A stretch of 64,000 nt of DNA, taken from Paraphysomonas bandaiensis (taxonomy: Eukaryota; Protista; Chrysophyceae). Made by a program: the position numbers and the translations under genes. The stretch lies in NCBI GenBank assembly GCA_965644295.1, contig CBFFRP010000049.1, positions 1 through 64,000 on the forward strand, in the 5' to 3' direction. Of the stretch, positions 12,901 through 22,884 are shown one piece after another (the first letter of the stretch is position 1; every line of letters begins with the position of its first letter). Under the pieces are notes generated by a model. It searched no databases. It was not told where the DNA came from and was given only the letters and a program-made list of their open reading frames with translations.

Positions 12901-15710
12901 ATCCAGCTCGACGACCCTATTCATGCTGCAGACGTCGAAAAGTACACTGAAGAATACATAGAACTCAAAGCAGTTGGTCTCAAATGTATTACGTCTCGAT
13001 CGAAAACCCCAATACATAAATCCAGCAAATCAGATCAAGACCCCGATACAGTTATTGGATCTCCAGCGCCAGCCGCTACTTCCAGGGGGAGTGGCGAGAA
13101 TCTCAGACATCATGATGCCGCGCAGGAGAGAATCAGCAGCCATCGGTGTGAACCTACCCACTCCGATGCAAAGATAGCGAAGACTCGCCCTCCGAAACAA
13201 TTCAATGGGAATCTAGTGCCGAATCCGGCACCACACGGTCAAGTGGATCGTGTGCACCAGCGTATGGCCAAACGCGGTAACAAGTCTGCTGATTCATCGG
13301 GAGATTGGGAAAATCAGGGTACACCTGAAGGGCCAAGTAAGGTCCGTGCTACAGCAAAACAACAATTTTTAGCTGGTAGAAAGAGTGTTCTCCGAAGCAG
13401 GAGAATGGCCAGGAAACGGGTAATTGTAAATATACACAAACTAGGTGATGGTGTATATACATGTGATGTAAATGCTAAACATGTAGTAAATCATATGGCA
13501 CATGACACACAATGTATATCAAAATTACATACAAACAATATTGATATTGTTATGCATGCTATCAGTAATTGCGATGACATTGACGAGCTAACCGATACAC
13601 CAAAGAGTGTTCAAGATGCTATTTCAGGTAAATATAAACAGCAGTGGATCGATGCTATCAATAGAGAAATATCCACTCTTCAGAGGAAAGGGTGCTGGAG
13701 ATACACTGCGTTACCACCTGGAGCAAGAGCCATAAAGGGGAAACTCATATTCAAAATAAAAAGAAAACAGAATGATATCAAATTCAAGGCTCGACTAGTC
13801 GCACAGGGTTTTACTCAAATCCAAGGCATCGATTACAATGATACATACAGCCCCGTCGCAAAGGCTACATCACTACGTACAATTATTGCCCTTTCGACTA
13901 TTATGAAACTCAAATTGCACCAAATCGATTTCACAACTGCGTACATCAATGCTGACCTCGAAGAGGACATATACATGTATCCCCCTCCTGGCATGGACGT
14001 CCCTGACGGAAAAGTCCTCAAACTGATGAAAAGCATCTACGGTCTAAAGCAAGCAGGTCTTAACTGGTATAAGTGCTGTACAAATTTTATGCTAGATATG
14101 GGTTTCACCAGACTAATATCTGACCCGTGTATATTCAAAAAGCAGATTAATGGCAGGATTATGCTAATAGCCATGTATGTGGATGATATTATTATAGCAT
14201 CTACATCCGACACTGATATCCAACAATTCAAAGACCATTTATCCAAAAAGTTCGAAATTACGGATCTCGGACTCCTAGACTATTACTTGGGCATCTCCAT
14301 TCATCAAGATTTTGACAAAAATATCACGACTCTCAGTCAGGAGCAGTACGTCAGAAAGTTACTGGACAAATTCAACATGTCTAACAGTAAACCCATGTCA
14401 ACACCTATGTTACTGTCTTTCAACTATGATTTACATGAATACAATCATCTTTCAGAGTCAAATCAAAGTTATGTTCAGAATTTCCCCTACAAGGAACTCA
14501 TAGGTTCACTAATGTATCTAGCTGTATGCACTCGACCGGATATCGCCTATGCAGTCAATACTCTTGCCAGATTCTCTGATATGCCTAATCTAACTACCTG
14601 TAATGCTGCGCTACATGTTCTTAGGTATCTCAAAGGCACTGCTAAGCAAGGATTGATATATTCTGGATCCCACATAACATTGTCAGGATACTGCGATAGC
14701 GATTGGGCACGGTGTCACCTCACTCGACGGTCCACTACAGCTTTTACATTCTTCATAGGTAATTGTCTTATATCATGGCAATCTCGATTACAGACAACTG
14801 TGGCATTGTCATCTACTGAAGCTGAGTATATGGCTCTATCGTCAGCAGCTCAGGAAGCATTATGGCTACGCTCTTTATTATCCGAAATTGGTTTCAAACT
14901 TCCATTCTCAACAACTATTTGGTGCGATAATAAAGGGGCAGTCCAATTATGTTACAATCCTACTCATCATCGTCGTACGAAACATATTGCGATACGGTAT
15001 CATTTCATTCGAGAAAATATTGCCGAAAACCAATTGACTGTTGACCATATTCCCACCACGTCAATGTTAGCCGATCTTCTCACGAAACCACTAGGAGCAA
15101 CTAATTTTCTTCAATTGCGAACTACATTGATGGGGGGAGCTGGGTTCGACATCCCATCCAGCAGCAACAGGAAGCGATCAACAACCTCAGAGACACCTAA
15201 ATCACAATTAACAAGCCACAAGCGACCTAGGTGGCTAGTTTGAGTTACACGGAGTTTTTACCATTTTTTTTTTACTTTTATTCAATACATGATGCTGGAC
15301 TAGAAGGATAGTCTCACAATATGGCATCTCTGCAGTTCGCTTATTATTGTCTAGTGACTGCTACTCTGGTTTTTATTCTCAGTGTGCATAAGTTCATATT
15401 CTCTCTATTATCTACGGTTCACTGATTATTTCATTGAGGGGGCGTATTAGGATTCAGCTTAATACATGATTGTATCTGTGAGTTATAATGTTCAATGAAA
15501 TACACCATGAACTGAATTAGAGAGAGTATCTGTCGAAGATACGTGATCGTCATCATAACGTCGTCATTATCAGTTACACTTCTAACTATTCCGTTGTGCA
15601 TGATAGTACGTTCTATATTGTTATTCATAATTTTTCACTCTATCGTGTTCATTACTTACACTCTAATAATCACAACATTGTTTTACTATTATAAAGATCA
15701 ATTCTTTATT
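9973..15710 (+). mobile_element. Intact Ty1/copia LTR retrotransposon (Copia-A)
   Basis: 266-bp LTRs at 9973-10238 and 15445-15710, identical by eye; TSD GATAG (9968-9972, 15711-15715); PBS TGGTAGCGAG at 10239-10248; PPT TTGAGGGGGCG; termini TATT...TATT. Confidence 0.97.
10249..15243 (+). CDS. Copia gag-pol polyprotein, 1664 aa
   Basis: CCHC knuckle CFRCDGKGHIASEC, protease LDSGC, AHKRLAH + CDGC, integrase YHADGG...PEDNPFQER, RT FKARLVAQG/YGLKQ/YVDD, RNase H DSDWA/EAEY/ADLLTK. Confidence 0.97.
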   Translation: MSVKVTSYDSTDSDSTTDKRKDSMPKFDAKNFSRWQKKCRAWFYRKPKIVYTLQNDHPIEPEAGENSDDEDYQYRLEQYQDAKRYYDEGNNYLWSVIASSIIGQNEEAEGILENVPDGDGKTAWTDLLNHFKEKTTNDVITDLIGQFQSIKIKKGQSIINFLDAVEKLRNKLINYGHRISDQDLISRIRQGLVSKENMTYRELAINLQMHPIDDYKTLIRRLRGLGSSSVGMLLSSNEETKTDSIQLAASKPPFFKSKVNSKRKKGTSFRNRSNKPKHDKRADKDIKCFRCDGKGHIASECKHSWERIQQMKNSSGNKSTSRKFKKVRFQTHQSTENDDSDQFADYEDSGPLQQKGRDFGGVGYPTNDETNFVFDQEAGMGTLDSGCTVSITPEAGYITNYEECLTDIQTAKSGSTMTSSGHGRLGIIPKCKHVDHASRTLVSISQLDDLGYKILFGNQSVEIYKDEILLSKGKRVGGLYEIPLTDLGTPIDESHLASTASGPLATLAHKRLAHSSIGLIQKAVQSKLVTGIKLTKSEMNATSLPGGLCDGCASGKSHRRKHRHAIRQMLLKRVRRANELGELVVADFSGPHAPEAIITGNRYILGMTDVASRHQWDSYGPTRDEDFVIQSIQKVVMYLHSKGKRLQHYHADGGKELVSRKVLEYLQSIGATWTFNSPYTPEDNPFQERSWRTTKERALSSLIDSGLPPNFWEQASRATIHIKNRLPCQTAKGFMSPLQFIENEIPDLSYARIWGCKCFVNIDSSLRKNNWDRHSWPGYFMGYREDGPGYIVFVPALRDFVISGHVFFNECVPPADKRYFKEINEIFRENETSRTVESFKYLIGLAHVDPDDGLTYVTTQIKLRKGLIAAYRGLVDDSGDKTRLIQLDDPIHAADVEKYTEEYIELKAVGLKCITSRSKTPIHKSSKSDQDPDTVIGSPAPAATSRGSGENLRHHDAAQERISSHRCEPTHSDAKIAKTRPPKQFNGNLVPNPAPHGQVDRVHQRMAKRGNKSADSSGDWENQGTPEGPSKVRATAKQQFLAGRKSVLRSRRMARKRVIVNIHKLGDGVYTCDVNAKHVVNHMAHDTQCISKLHTNNIDIVMHAISNCDDIDELTDTPKSVQDAISGKYKQQWIDAINREISTLQRKGCWRYTALPPGARAIKGKLIFKIKRKQNDIKFKARLVAQGFTQIQGIDYNDTYSPVAKATSLRTIIALSTIMKLKLHQIDFTTAYINADLEEDIYMYPPPGMDVPDGKVLKLMKSIYGLKQAGLNWYKCCTNFMLDMGFTRLISDPCIFKKQINGRIMLIAMYVDDIIIASTSDTDIQQFKDHLSKKFEITDLGLLDYYLGISIHQDFDKNITTLSQEQYVRKLLDKFNMSNSKPMSTPMLLSFNYDLHEYNHLSESNQSYVQNFPYKELIGSLMYLAVCTRPDIAYAVNTLARFSDMPNLTTCNAALHVLRYLKGTAKQGLIYSGSHITLSGYCDSDWARCHLTRRSTTAFTFFIGNCLISWQSRLQTTVALSSTEAEYMALSSAAQEALWLRSLLSEIGFKLPFSTTIWCDNKGAVQLCYNPTHHRRTKHIAIRYHFIRENIAENQLTVDHIPTTSMLADLLTKPLGATNFLQLRTTLMGGAGFDIPSSSNRKRSTTSETPKSQLTSHKRPRWLV

Positions 15711-16495
15711 GATAGATAGTGCGACCCCTGAGTCAGTATCTTCTAGTTCTAACTATTGATGAAAGTTCTCAAGGGGTGTGTTTCATCGGATGAGGGGTGT
15801 TCGTTATTGTGTGAGCCACACCTCTTGAGCACACAGACAGACACACACACACACAAGGACGCTGCCACTTTCAGGAAAGGTTATATACTTGGACTGCTCT
15901 GCCCACCTCTGTATACATCTATAGAGCAGCACACACACAGCTGAATGAGAGCATACAGAAGACACCAGATAGCTGTGTATCTATGAATGTGGGAGTCCCC
16001 CAATAGAGTTTGGATGTAAGTGTGGTGACATTGGCGACATTATGTCGAGGTAAAAGACTTTGTACAGATGTTGACAACATGCCTTATAATATACGTTCAA
16101 TGCAGACTTAATATCACTCTTATTTCAGGAATCATTGTGACAATCGCGTGTCTATGGATCGTGGAGGGGTATGGATTGTCAAGATACCATCATAGTGCAG
16201 GCTCCTCTGATCAGCGGTCTCATCATTATGATCAGCCCAATTTATTTGTCAATGAATTCATTGAAGAATATTGTTATACTATGTGTGTCTCTCGTTGAGC
16301 TGAGTGAATACTCTAGTATGCTCCTATACTCTAGTATCTCTCAGCAGTACAACATGAGCATACTAGATTATTCACTCAGCTCAATAAGAGACACGTATAT
16401 GTATAATAAATTTAATAAAGAATGAATTCAGAAGTTGTTGATATGTTTCTATTGGATTATATGGAGGATTAGAGTAGCTCTCAATGCATGAGGCA

Positions 16496-16631
16496 GGCAG
16501 CATCTTATTTTTTCGGGAATAAATTTAAGCAAAATTGCTCTACATTACTGCAATGCAACTACGGTTTTAATACATATAATTGTTGTCTCAATATTACAGG
16601 CATCATTGAACAAAAATATATAAAGAATGCC
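16496..16631. repeat. Dispersed repeat 'C', copy 2
   Basis: Similar to 5324-5448; reverse complement of 41664-41807. Confidence 0.8.
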
Positions 16632-16637
16632 AATATC

Positions 16638-17202
16638 GTGATACTCTAAAAACCCTTAATTTTATGTATAAAAGTGCATATATCACTGGAATTATATACC
16701 AGTATGCGCACATGCATTCTGCAATCTTGTTCACTGCGTCTATCACTAACTGGCCGCGTAGTTCTCATCTTCGTCCAGTTTGTTCTGTTGACGTGTTTGT
16801 TTGTCTTCAGGTTGAGGAATATCCAGCTACCATTCGCGTTGCCCGCAGGGTACAGAGCTATGCACGGTTCTGTTCGGTCTTGCTCTGCGTCGTTGCTCTC
16901 GCATTCGGGTCGTAGCACTCCACGTAGTCGCCGAATGCGAGTGCAACGACGCAGAGCAAGACCGAACAGAACCGTGCATAGCTCTGTACCCTGCAGGCAA
17001 CGCGAATGGTAGCTGGATTTTCTTAAACCTGAAGACAAACAAACACGTCAACAGAACAAACTGGACGAAGATGAGAACTACGCGGCCAGTTAGTGATAGA
17101 CGCAGTGAACAAGATTGCAGAATGCATGTGCGCATACTGGTATATAATTCCAGTGATATAATGCACTTTTCTACATAAAATTAAGGGTTTTTAGAGTATC
17201 AC
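16638..17202. repeat. Long near-perfect inverted repeat (arms ~271 bp, 22-nt loop) derived from a copia-type integrase fragment
   Basis: 16638-16908 is the reverse complement of 16931-17202 with about 7 differences; encodes LAFGDYVECYDP..NDAEQDRTEPCIALYPAGNANGSWIFLNLKTNKHVNRTNWTKM. Confidence 0.95.
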
Positions 17203-17639
17203 CAGAATACGGCATTTTACTTCGTAGTTTTGTGTGATGGAGCTCAAAACTATCTGAAGTATGTAAAATAATTTACACAATTCCAAAAACTCGAGGTTTT
17301 AATTTGCATACATCAAGTTTTTATATACACTGTACTTTTTAGAATATAATTATGATAAAACTCATAATTTTAGTGCGAAAACTCCCCCCACACTGCTGTG
17401 TACACCCTGTAAAGTATTGTACATACCCCACACATGCATGTACTGGCTGTATATGTATATCCAGCAGTACATATTGGCTTTATAGGTCTACATCATCATC
17501 AGCAGTATCCACAGGTGACTATCTTAACAGCTACATACATACACATACATATACACACAGTCCCATATACACACACATATATATAGAGAGAGAAGCACAC
17601 ATCTGTATGGAGTAGCCAACTCGAGGATTTCGTGATATA

Positions 17640-19400
17640 ATGAGTGGGTTTCTATCCTCAGATGATAACCATGTGTCGACATGGCCATCTGTTAACTCCA
17701 CTAGTCATGTATGTATACACACACACACACACACACGCATCTGTATATAGATACATACACACATAGAGAGAGATACACACACGTCTGTATAGATACATAC
17801 ACACATAGAGAGAGATACACACATACACACATCTATACACACACGTCTGTATAGATATACACACATATATAGAGAGAGAAACATACATATACACATACAC
17901 ATCTCTATATACATATACATATATAACATATACATATACACACAGGATGGAGACACAGCTGTGATGGTTGCAGCATACAAAGGAGCTCTACCTGTTGTTT
18001 GTTCTCTTATTGAACAAGGCGCTGATATCGATATGAGAGATGCGGTCATATATACACACATACATACATACACATGTAACACTATCATATAGAATGGAGC
18101 AACTAGTTTGATGCTTGCTTTAAGTGAAGGACACATTGAAATAGCTCGACTGCTTGTTGAATCTGCGGCTGATGTGAATATATCAGATAACGTCTGTTAT
18201 ATATTGTCTTAGATAGGAGCGAGTTCACTTATTGTTATATTAGGGTGGTACTAGTCCCCTTATGATTGCATCAAGTGGAAGTGATTTAAGCATATGTCGA
18301 CTTCTTGTTGTACACGGTGCGCATTTAGATGACCAAGATGAGGTATTTACTTCCTTTCTGCTTGCAATGGTTTCATATTTGGATTCCAGGACGGAGACAC
18401 CGCACTCATGTTGGCGTGTCGTGAACATAACTTAGAGATTGCACGATTACTCCTTGTACACAATGCGCATTTGCATCTTCTTAATAAGGTATTACAGCTA
18501 TAATTTAGTGAACTTGCTATTGATCATTCGTGTCTACTATGACCAGGAAGGGGAGAGCGCGATGCATATTGCCTGCCGAACAGGACGCATAGAACTTGTG
18601 AAACTCTTACTCTATCATGGAGCCAATGCCGCTATTATCAATCATGTATGCATGTGTCTCTTTCTCCTTGTCTCTCTGATCATATGAATAGAAGGGGAAT
18701 TCTTGTTTACATATTGCTGTAATGGAGGGTCATCAAGACATATGTTCTCTCTTACTATCCAATAGCATCGATGTCAATGCAAAAAACTATGTAAGTTTGT
18801 CATTGTCGTGAGTTATTCATTAGATTTATTTTATGTATGTAGGCCGGAAATAGCCCGCTCATGCTTGCATATATACATCACCAATATGTTATTGCTAAAG
18901 TTTTGATCAACTGTGGTGCTGATCTCAACACCACTATGAAAATGAGTGGCGATTCGATCTTGATAATGGCATGTAGAAATGGTAACAATGCTGTAGCGAG
19001 ATTCCTTATAGAACACAAAGCGGATATTAATTTAAGAAACGAAGTAAGTTGATAGTACATATGTCGAAACAGATATTTATATTAATTTACAGGACGGAGA
19101 GTCAGCACTAGTAGAGGCCAGCAGGGCGGGAAATTTGGCGATTGTAAAACTACTTCTTCAGCGTGGAGCTGATGTACATATCACGAATAAAGTCAGTGTA
19201 CTTATCAACGTTGTATTTAAAATGTTTTACTTGACGTTACGATGTAGAAAGGTTTTTCATTGCTCACTATTGTATGGATGGCCGGTCACGCGGATATAGT
19301 TTCTAAGCTGCTCGCTTACGGTGCAGGTGACCACGACGACGATATGGATTTTGACGAAGCCTTTTCTAAAATATCTCCAATATCACTTTATATTTCATAG
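17640..19400 (+). CDS. Ankyrin repeat protein (~10 repeats), multi-exon
   Basis: Successive 99-nt phase-0 exons: DGDTAVMVAAYKG..., NGATSLMLALSEGH..., GGTSPLMIASSG..., DGDTALMLAC..., EGESAMHIACRTG..., KGNSCLHIAVMEGH...; start codon uncertain. Confidence 0.9.
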
Positions 19401-20338
19401 CAGTACTGTAGTATACCTATTAGTGTAATTGATGTTAATATATATTAAAAGTCTTATTATTTAGCAATAGGCGTTAAAAACCTGCACCAAAAGAGTGGCT
19501 AGTTTAATGCTAGACATACTAGTTAGACCGCTACCCATAACTAATCAGCACAAATTCTATTATCCTACTATTTAACGCTACAGAAGCTGCTTGTGCGTCG
19601 CCGCAAGCACCAAGGTACGACCACGATGTAAATATATAATGCATTTCACTACATATTCATGTAACATTTGGTGAACCTCTGTTCACAGCAACATCTGTTT
19701 ATCATATGTTTACCAGTCACTCCTATATCTTATATAGTCACAAATCAGTAGCTGAATTTAATTCCTTTGTAACCATAATCACACGTTACACCTATGAATT
19801 GACTTCATCTATTGCACACAATTAACTCACTTCAATTGCACAATATATATCGCATCAAACTGCAGAACTCAACATATAATTTATTGATACCGTAGAAAAA
19901 TTGAAAGTAATCAGCACCTTTGACACTTTACTTTATTCTATAATTCTGTATTCTATAATACTACGCATTTCCCACATGGAAGAAAATGTTATTGATTGTT
20001 GACGATACGTTACCCTACACAAAGGACCCCCTAGGCTACTCCCGCGACCGCGTCCAAAACATAGACAGAAATGGAAACGCCCAAGGGTGCTACGATTACT
20101 AGGAATCCACAGACAACCCGAGACTGGAACACCGCCCACCGCACATATGAACCCCACCAACCATACACATAGAACAATACCACCGGACCGCATGAAACCA
20201 TCAGGCCCTAGACAGCGACGCCGTCTCCGGCAACTCCACCTTTGCCTGACGCCCAAACGGTGCACGGCGACAACACCACATTCCACTACACCATCCACCT
20301 CGCAGCACACACATCTAGTGCTAGGTACACTCAGGACC

Positions 20339-20790
20339 TTAATATAGCTGCATTTGCCTCTCTTGAGATTGCAAACGCTCCAACCGAATAGCCTGGTTTT
20401 GGATACAATGCATACGCATAAAGCTATCTTCACCACTACTACTTACAGTAGTAGTATTAGTACCTATGCTCTGAGACGACGCGGCTACAGCCGTTGGGGG
20501 CACAATACTAGTAGGTGGAGGATAATAAGCAGGTGGAGGATCATCATTTTTTCTCATTAAAAGATCACGAAGTTCTGCTAGTCCGGACATCATTTCCTGA
20601 CGAAGTTCAGCAACAGCAGCGGGAGGTATCAGATCTGCTTTCTGCTGGGATTCGACGACCCCGTCACCATCTTCATGTACAGCACTACTGTCCCTGCTCG
20701 TGCGCTTTCGCGGTACCTCCGAGTCGTCGTTGGATATGTCGCCACGAATGTCGACGACATTCTTCTTCCCTTTGTACTTCTCCTACACCA
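20339..20790 (-). CDS. Low-complexity hypothetical ORF or gene fragment
   Basis: Open frame KNVVDIRGDISNDDSEVPRKR...MMSGLAELRDLL...ERLQSQERQMQLY*; its 5' part is duplicated (20654-20765 vs 20866-20981). Confidence 0.35.
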
Positions 20791-21010
20791 TTATACTACA
20801 CAGTTAGTACAGTGTATATAGTAACAACGCACAACAATAATCAGAACAATACCGCATATATACGTACGACGACCCCGTCACCATCTTCATGAACAGTACT
20901 ACTTACCCTGCTGCTCGTGCGCTTTCGTGGTACCTCCGAGTCGTCGTTGGATATGCCGCCACGAATTTCGACGACATTCTTCCAGACCCGGGATAGCTCC
21001 AGACCCGGGC

Positions 21011-21890
21011 ATGAATATGAGCAGTCAGTATGTTTTGGAGGGCGGTGGTGTATATGTTCCATTTAGAACTAGACTTTTTGGTGGAACAGGTGTATCAGAA
21101 ATGCATGTTGAAGCACGTGAACGGGGAACAAGAAGTCTTTGTGGCCGTCCAGGTATAAGGACGGTTAGAGCACAACCCACTGTTCAATACAGCGGGCATA
21201 ACTCAGCTGCAATTAAGCGCATCCCTCCACGATTAGTTATTCAAGAGTCAGATGGATCTTTACCTGACGAACCGAGAGGTGTGCTCAATGCACCGTACAT
21301 TGGACGAGAAGCACGACGTGAGGTCAACAGGAATAATGCTGCTGCTAGGAAGAGGGAGGAGCAGGAGCGTATCAATGCAACCCGTTTAACAGGAAGTGAT
21401 TCTGAGGCTGAAGAACAAGTGTCAGACCCAGAATCAGATTGTCATCGTTCGTCACCAACATTCGCAGTTGGTGAACTAGTTTCTAACATACACAATTTAA
21501 GAGGTATTATTTCTGAGGTAAGCAGCGACATCATGTTGTGTAACACATATTATATTTAATCAATAAATGTAAGAGATATAATATATACTCAGGTACACAG
21601 CGACAATACTTACGATATCAAATATAATGATGGACAGTATGACAACAACCTAGCGGCAAGTTACTTGAGGCACATAAAAGGTTAGTATATATAATAATAT
21701 GATTATTATGTAAACGTTATAATATATTATATATTATACAGTAACTTCGTCAAAGAAAAGGACTAAACGACAGCAATGGGAAATAGTAACAGAGCCTACA
21801 ATGGAATGGGTGGATCAAGGCGCTCTCTCATCTGAGAATGTTGTGACCGGAAAACGTCGACGTAGTAGTGGGGTATCGTACAAAGAATAG
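21011..21890 (+). CDS. Hypothetical protein with Tudor-like domain and basic C-terminal motif (3 exons)
   Basis: Introns 21518-21592 and 21681-21741 splice in frame to give FAVGELVS...RGIISEVHSDNTYDIKYNDGQYDNNLAASYLRHI and ...ENVVTGKRRRSSGVSYKE*. Confidence 0.65.
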
Positions 21891-22566
21891 CTTTATATTA
21901 TGCTTGACGGAGTAGCTTAAACTGTATAATATATGTGTGTAGTCGGTGACTTTTATTGCTGTAAAACTGAAGTAATATGGAAGAAATTACTAAAAAATAT
22001 TATAAATAATACTTTCACACTGTTATTAACTTCATAGTTACTTATTGTGCATAGTTATACCCTTTTCCGACCATCACCAAAAATTTCACCTGGTTTTACA
22101 TCAAAACCCAGGTTTTGGTATTACCTCGACTTCAAGCAGCTTCTGTAGCGCTAAATAGTAGGGTAATAGAATTTGTACTGATTAGTTATGGGTAGAGATC
22201 TAACTAGTATGTCTAGCATATTGGCACAAGTTTTTAACGCCTATTGCTAAATAACAAGACTTTTAATAATATTGATTGTTAAAGTATTGATTTTGGGATT
22301 TTCAACCTAGTCAAATTGGTTGAATTACCTTGTCACACTATTTTTGGTGGAATAACCCAGTCAAAGTAATGCGACTTAGTAACACTTACTTCTATTCACA
22401 CTTAGTAACACTTTTTACGACACTTAGTAATAATATTACTTCCTAACTGATGAACATGTTCGACACATATATACATATCAAATATGTAGACGATATTCGT
22501 ATTGTGTCATACATGATGCGATGTATTAACTACATTGTTCGTGAATGTAGTCAATTTCTAACGGGT

Positions 22567-22789
22567 ACTAAATACATAATTGTTAGAAATTGATATACTT
22601 AGTAATAAGACTTTGATAAACACTTAGATAGAGTATTATATTATAATTATAAGAGATACCATTCTTCATGCATTGACGTTCACCAACTCTTTTTTTACCT
22701 CTACTACACTAACAATTTCTAGTACGATCTTACATCGTCACTATCTTGCTGATATTCAAATGACCATAATATAAAACCTGCATACAATA
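22567..22789. repeat. Diverged dispersed repeat (possible solo LTR), paralog of 47208-47408
   Basis: Shared tttctagtacgatcttacatcgtcactatcttg with weaker flanking similarity; boundaries approximate. Confidence 0.5.
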
Positions 22790-22884
22790 ACATGATTCAT
22801 TACTGCTCCTATGACAACACAAACGCAAATACTATATTAAATCTAAATACAATATAATAAGTACAAAGCATCTTTCCACGAGAA

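Larger units (their letters stand above)
19443..22268. mobile_element. Unit bounded by ~140-150-bp imperfect inverted repeats (19443-19593 / 22133-22268); possible non-autonomous DNA transposon with cargo
   Basis: tattaaaagtcttattatttagcaataggcgttaaaaac...cgctacagaagctgcttg matches the reverse complement at 22133-22268; no transposase inside. Confidence 0.5.

Noticed and set aside
16646-17135. Four overlapping ORFs on both strands
   Set aside because: Mirror products of the palindrome; only a short frameshifted TE fragment is real coding ancestry
19669-19686. TGGTGAACC as a PBS after a possible LTR
   Set aside because: No gag or partner direct repeat follows; it is part of a small GTGAAC/GTTCAC hairpin
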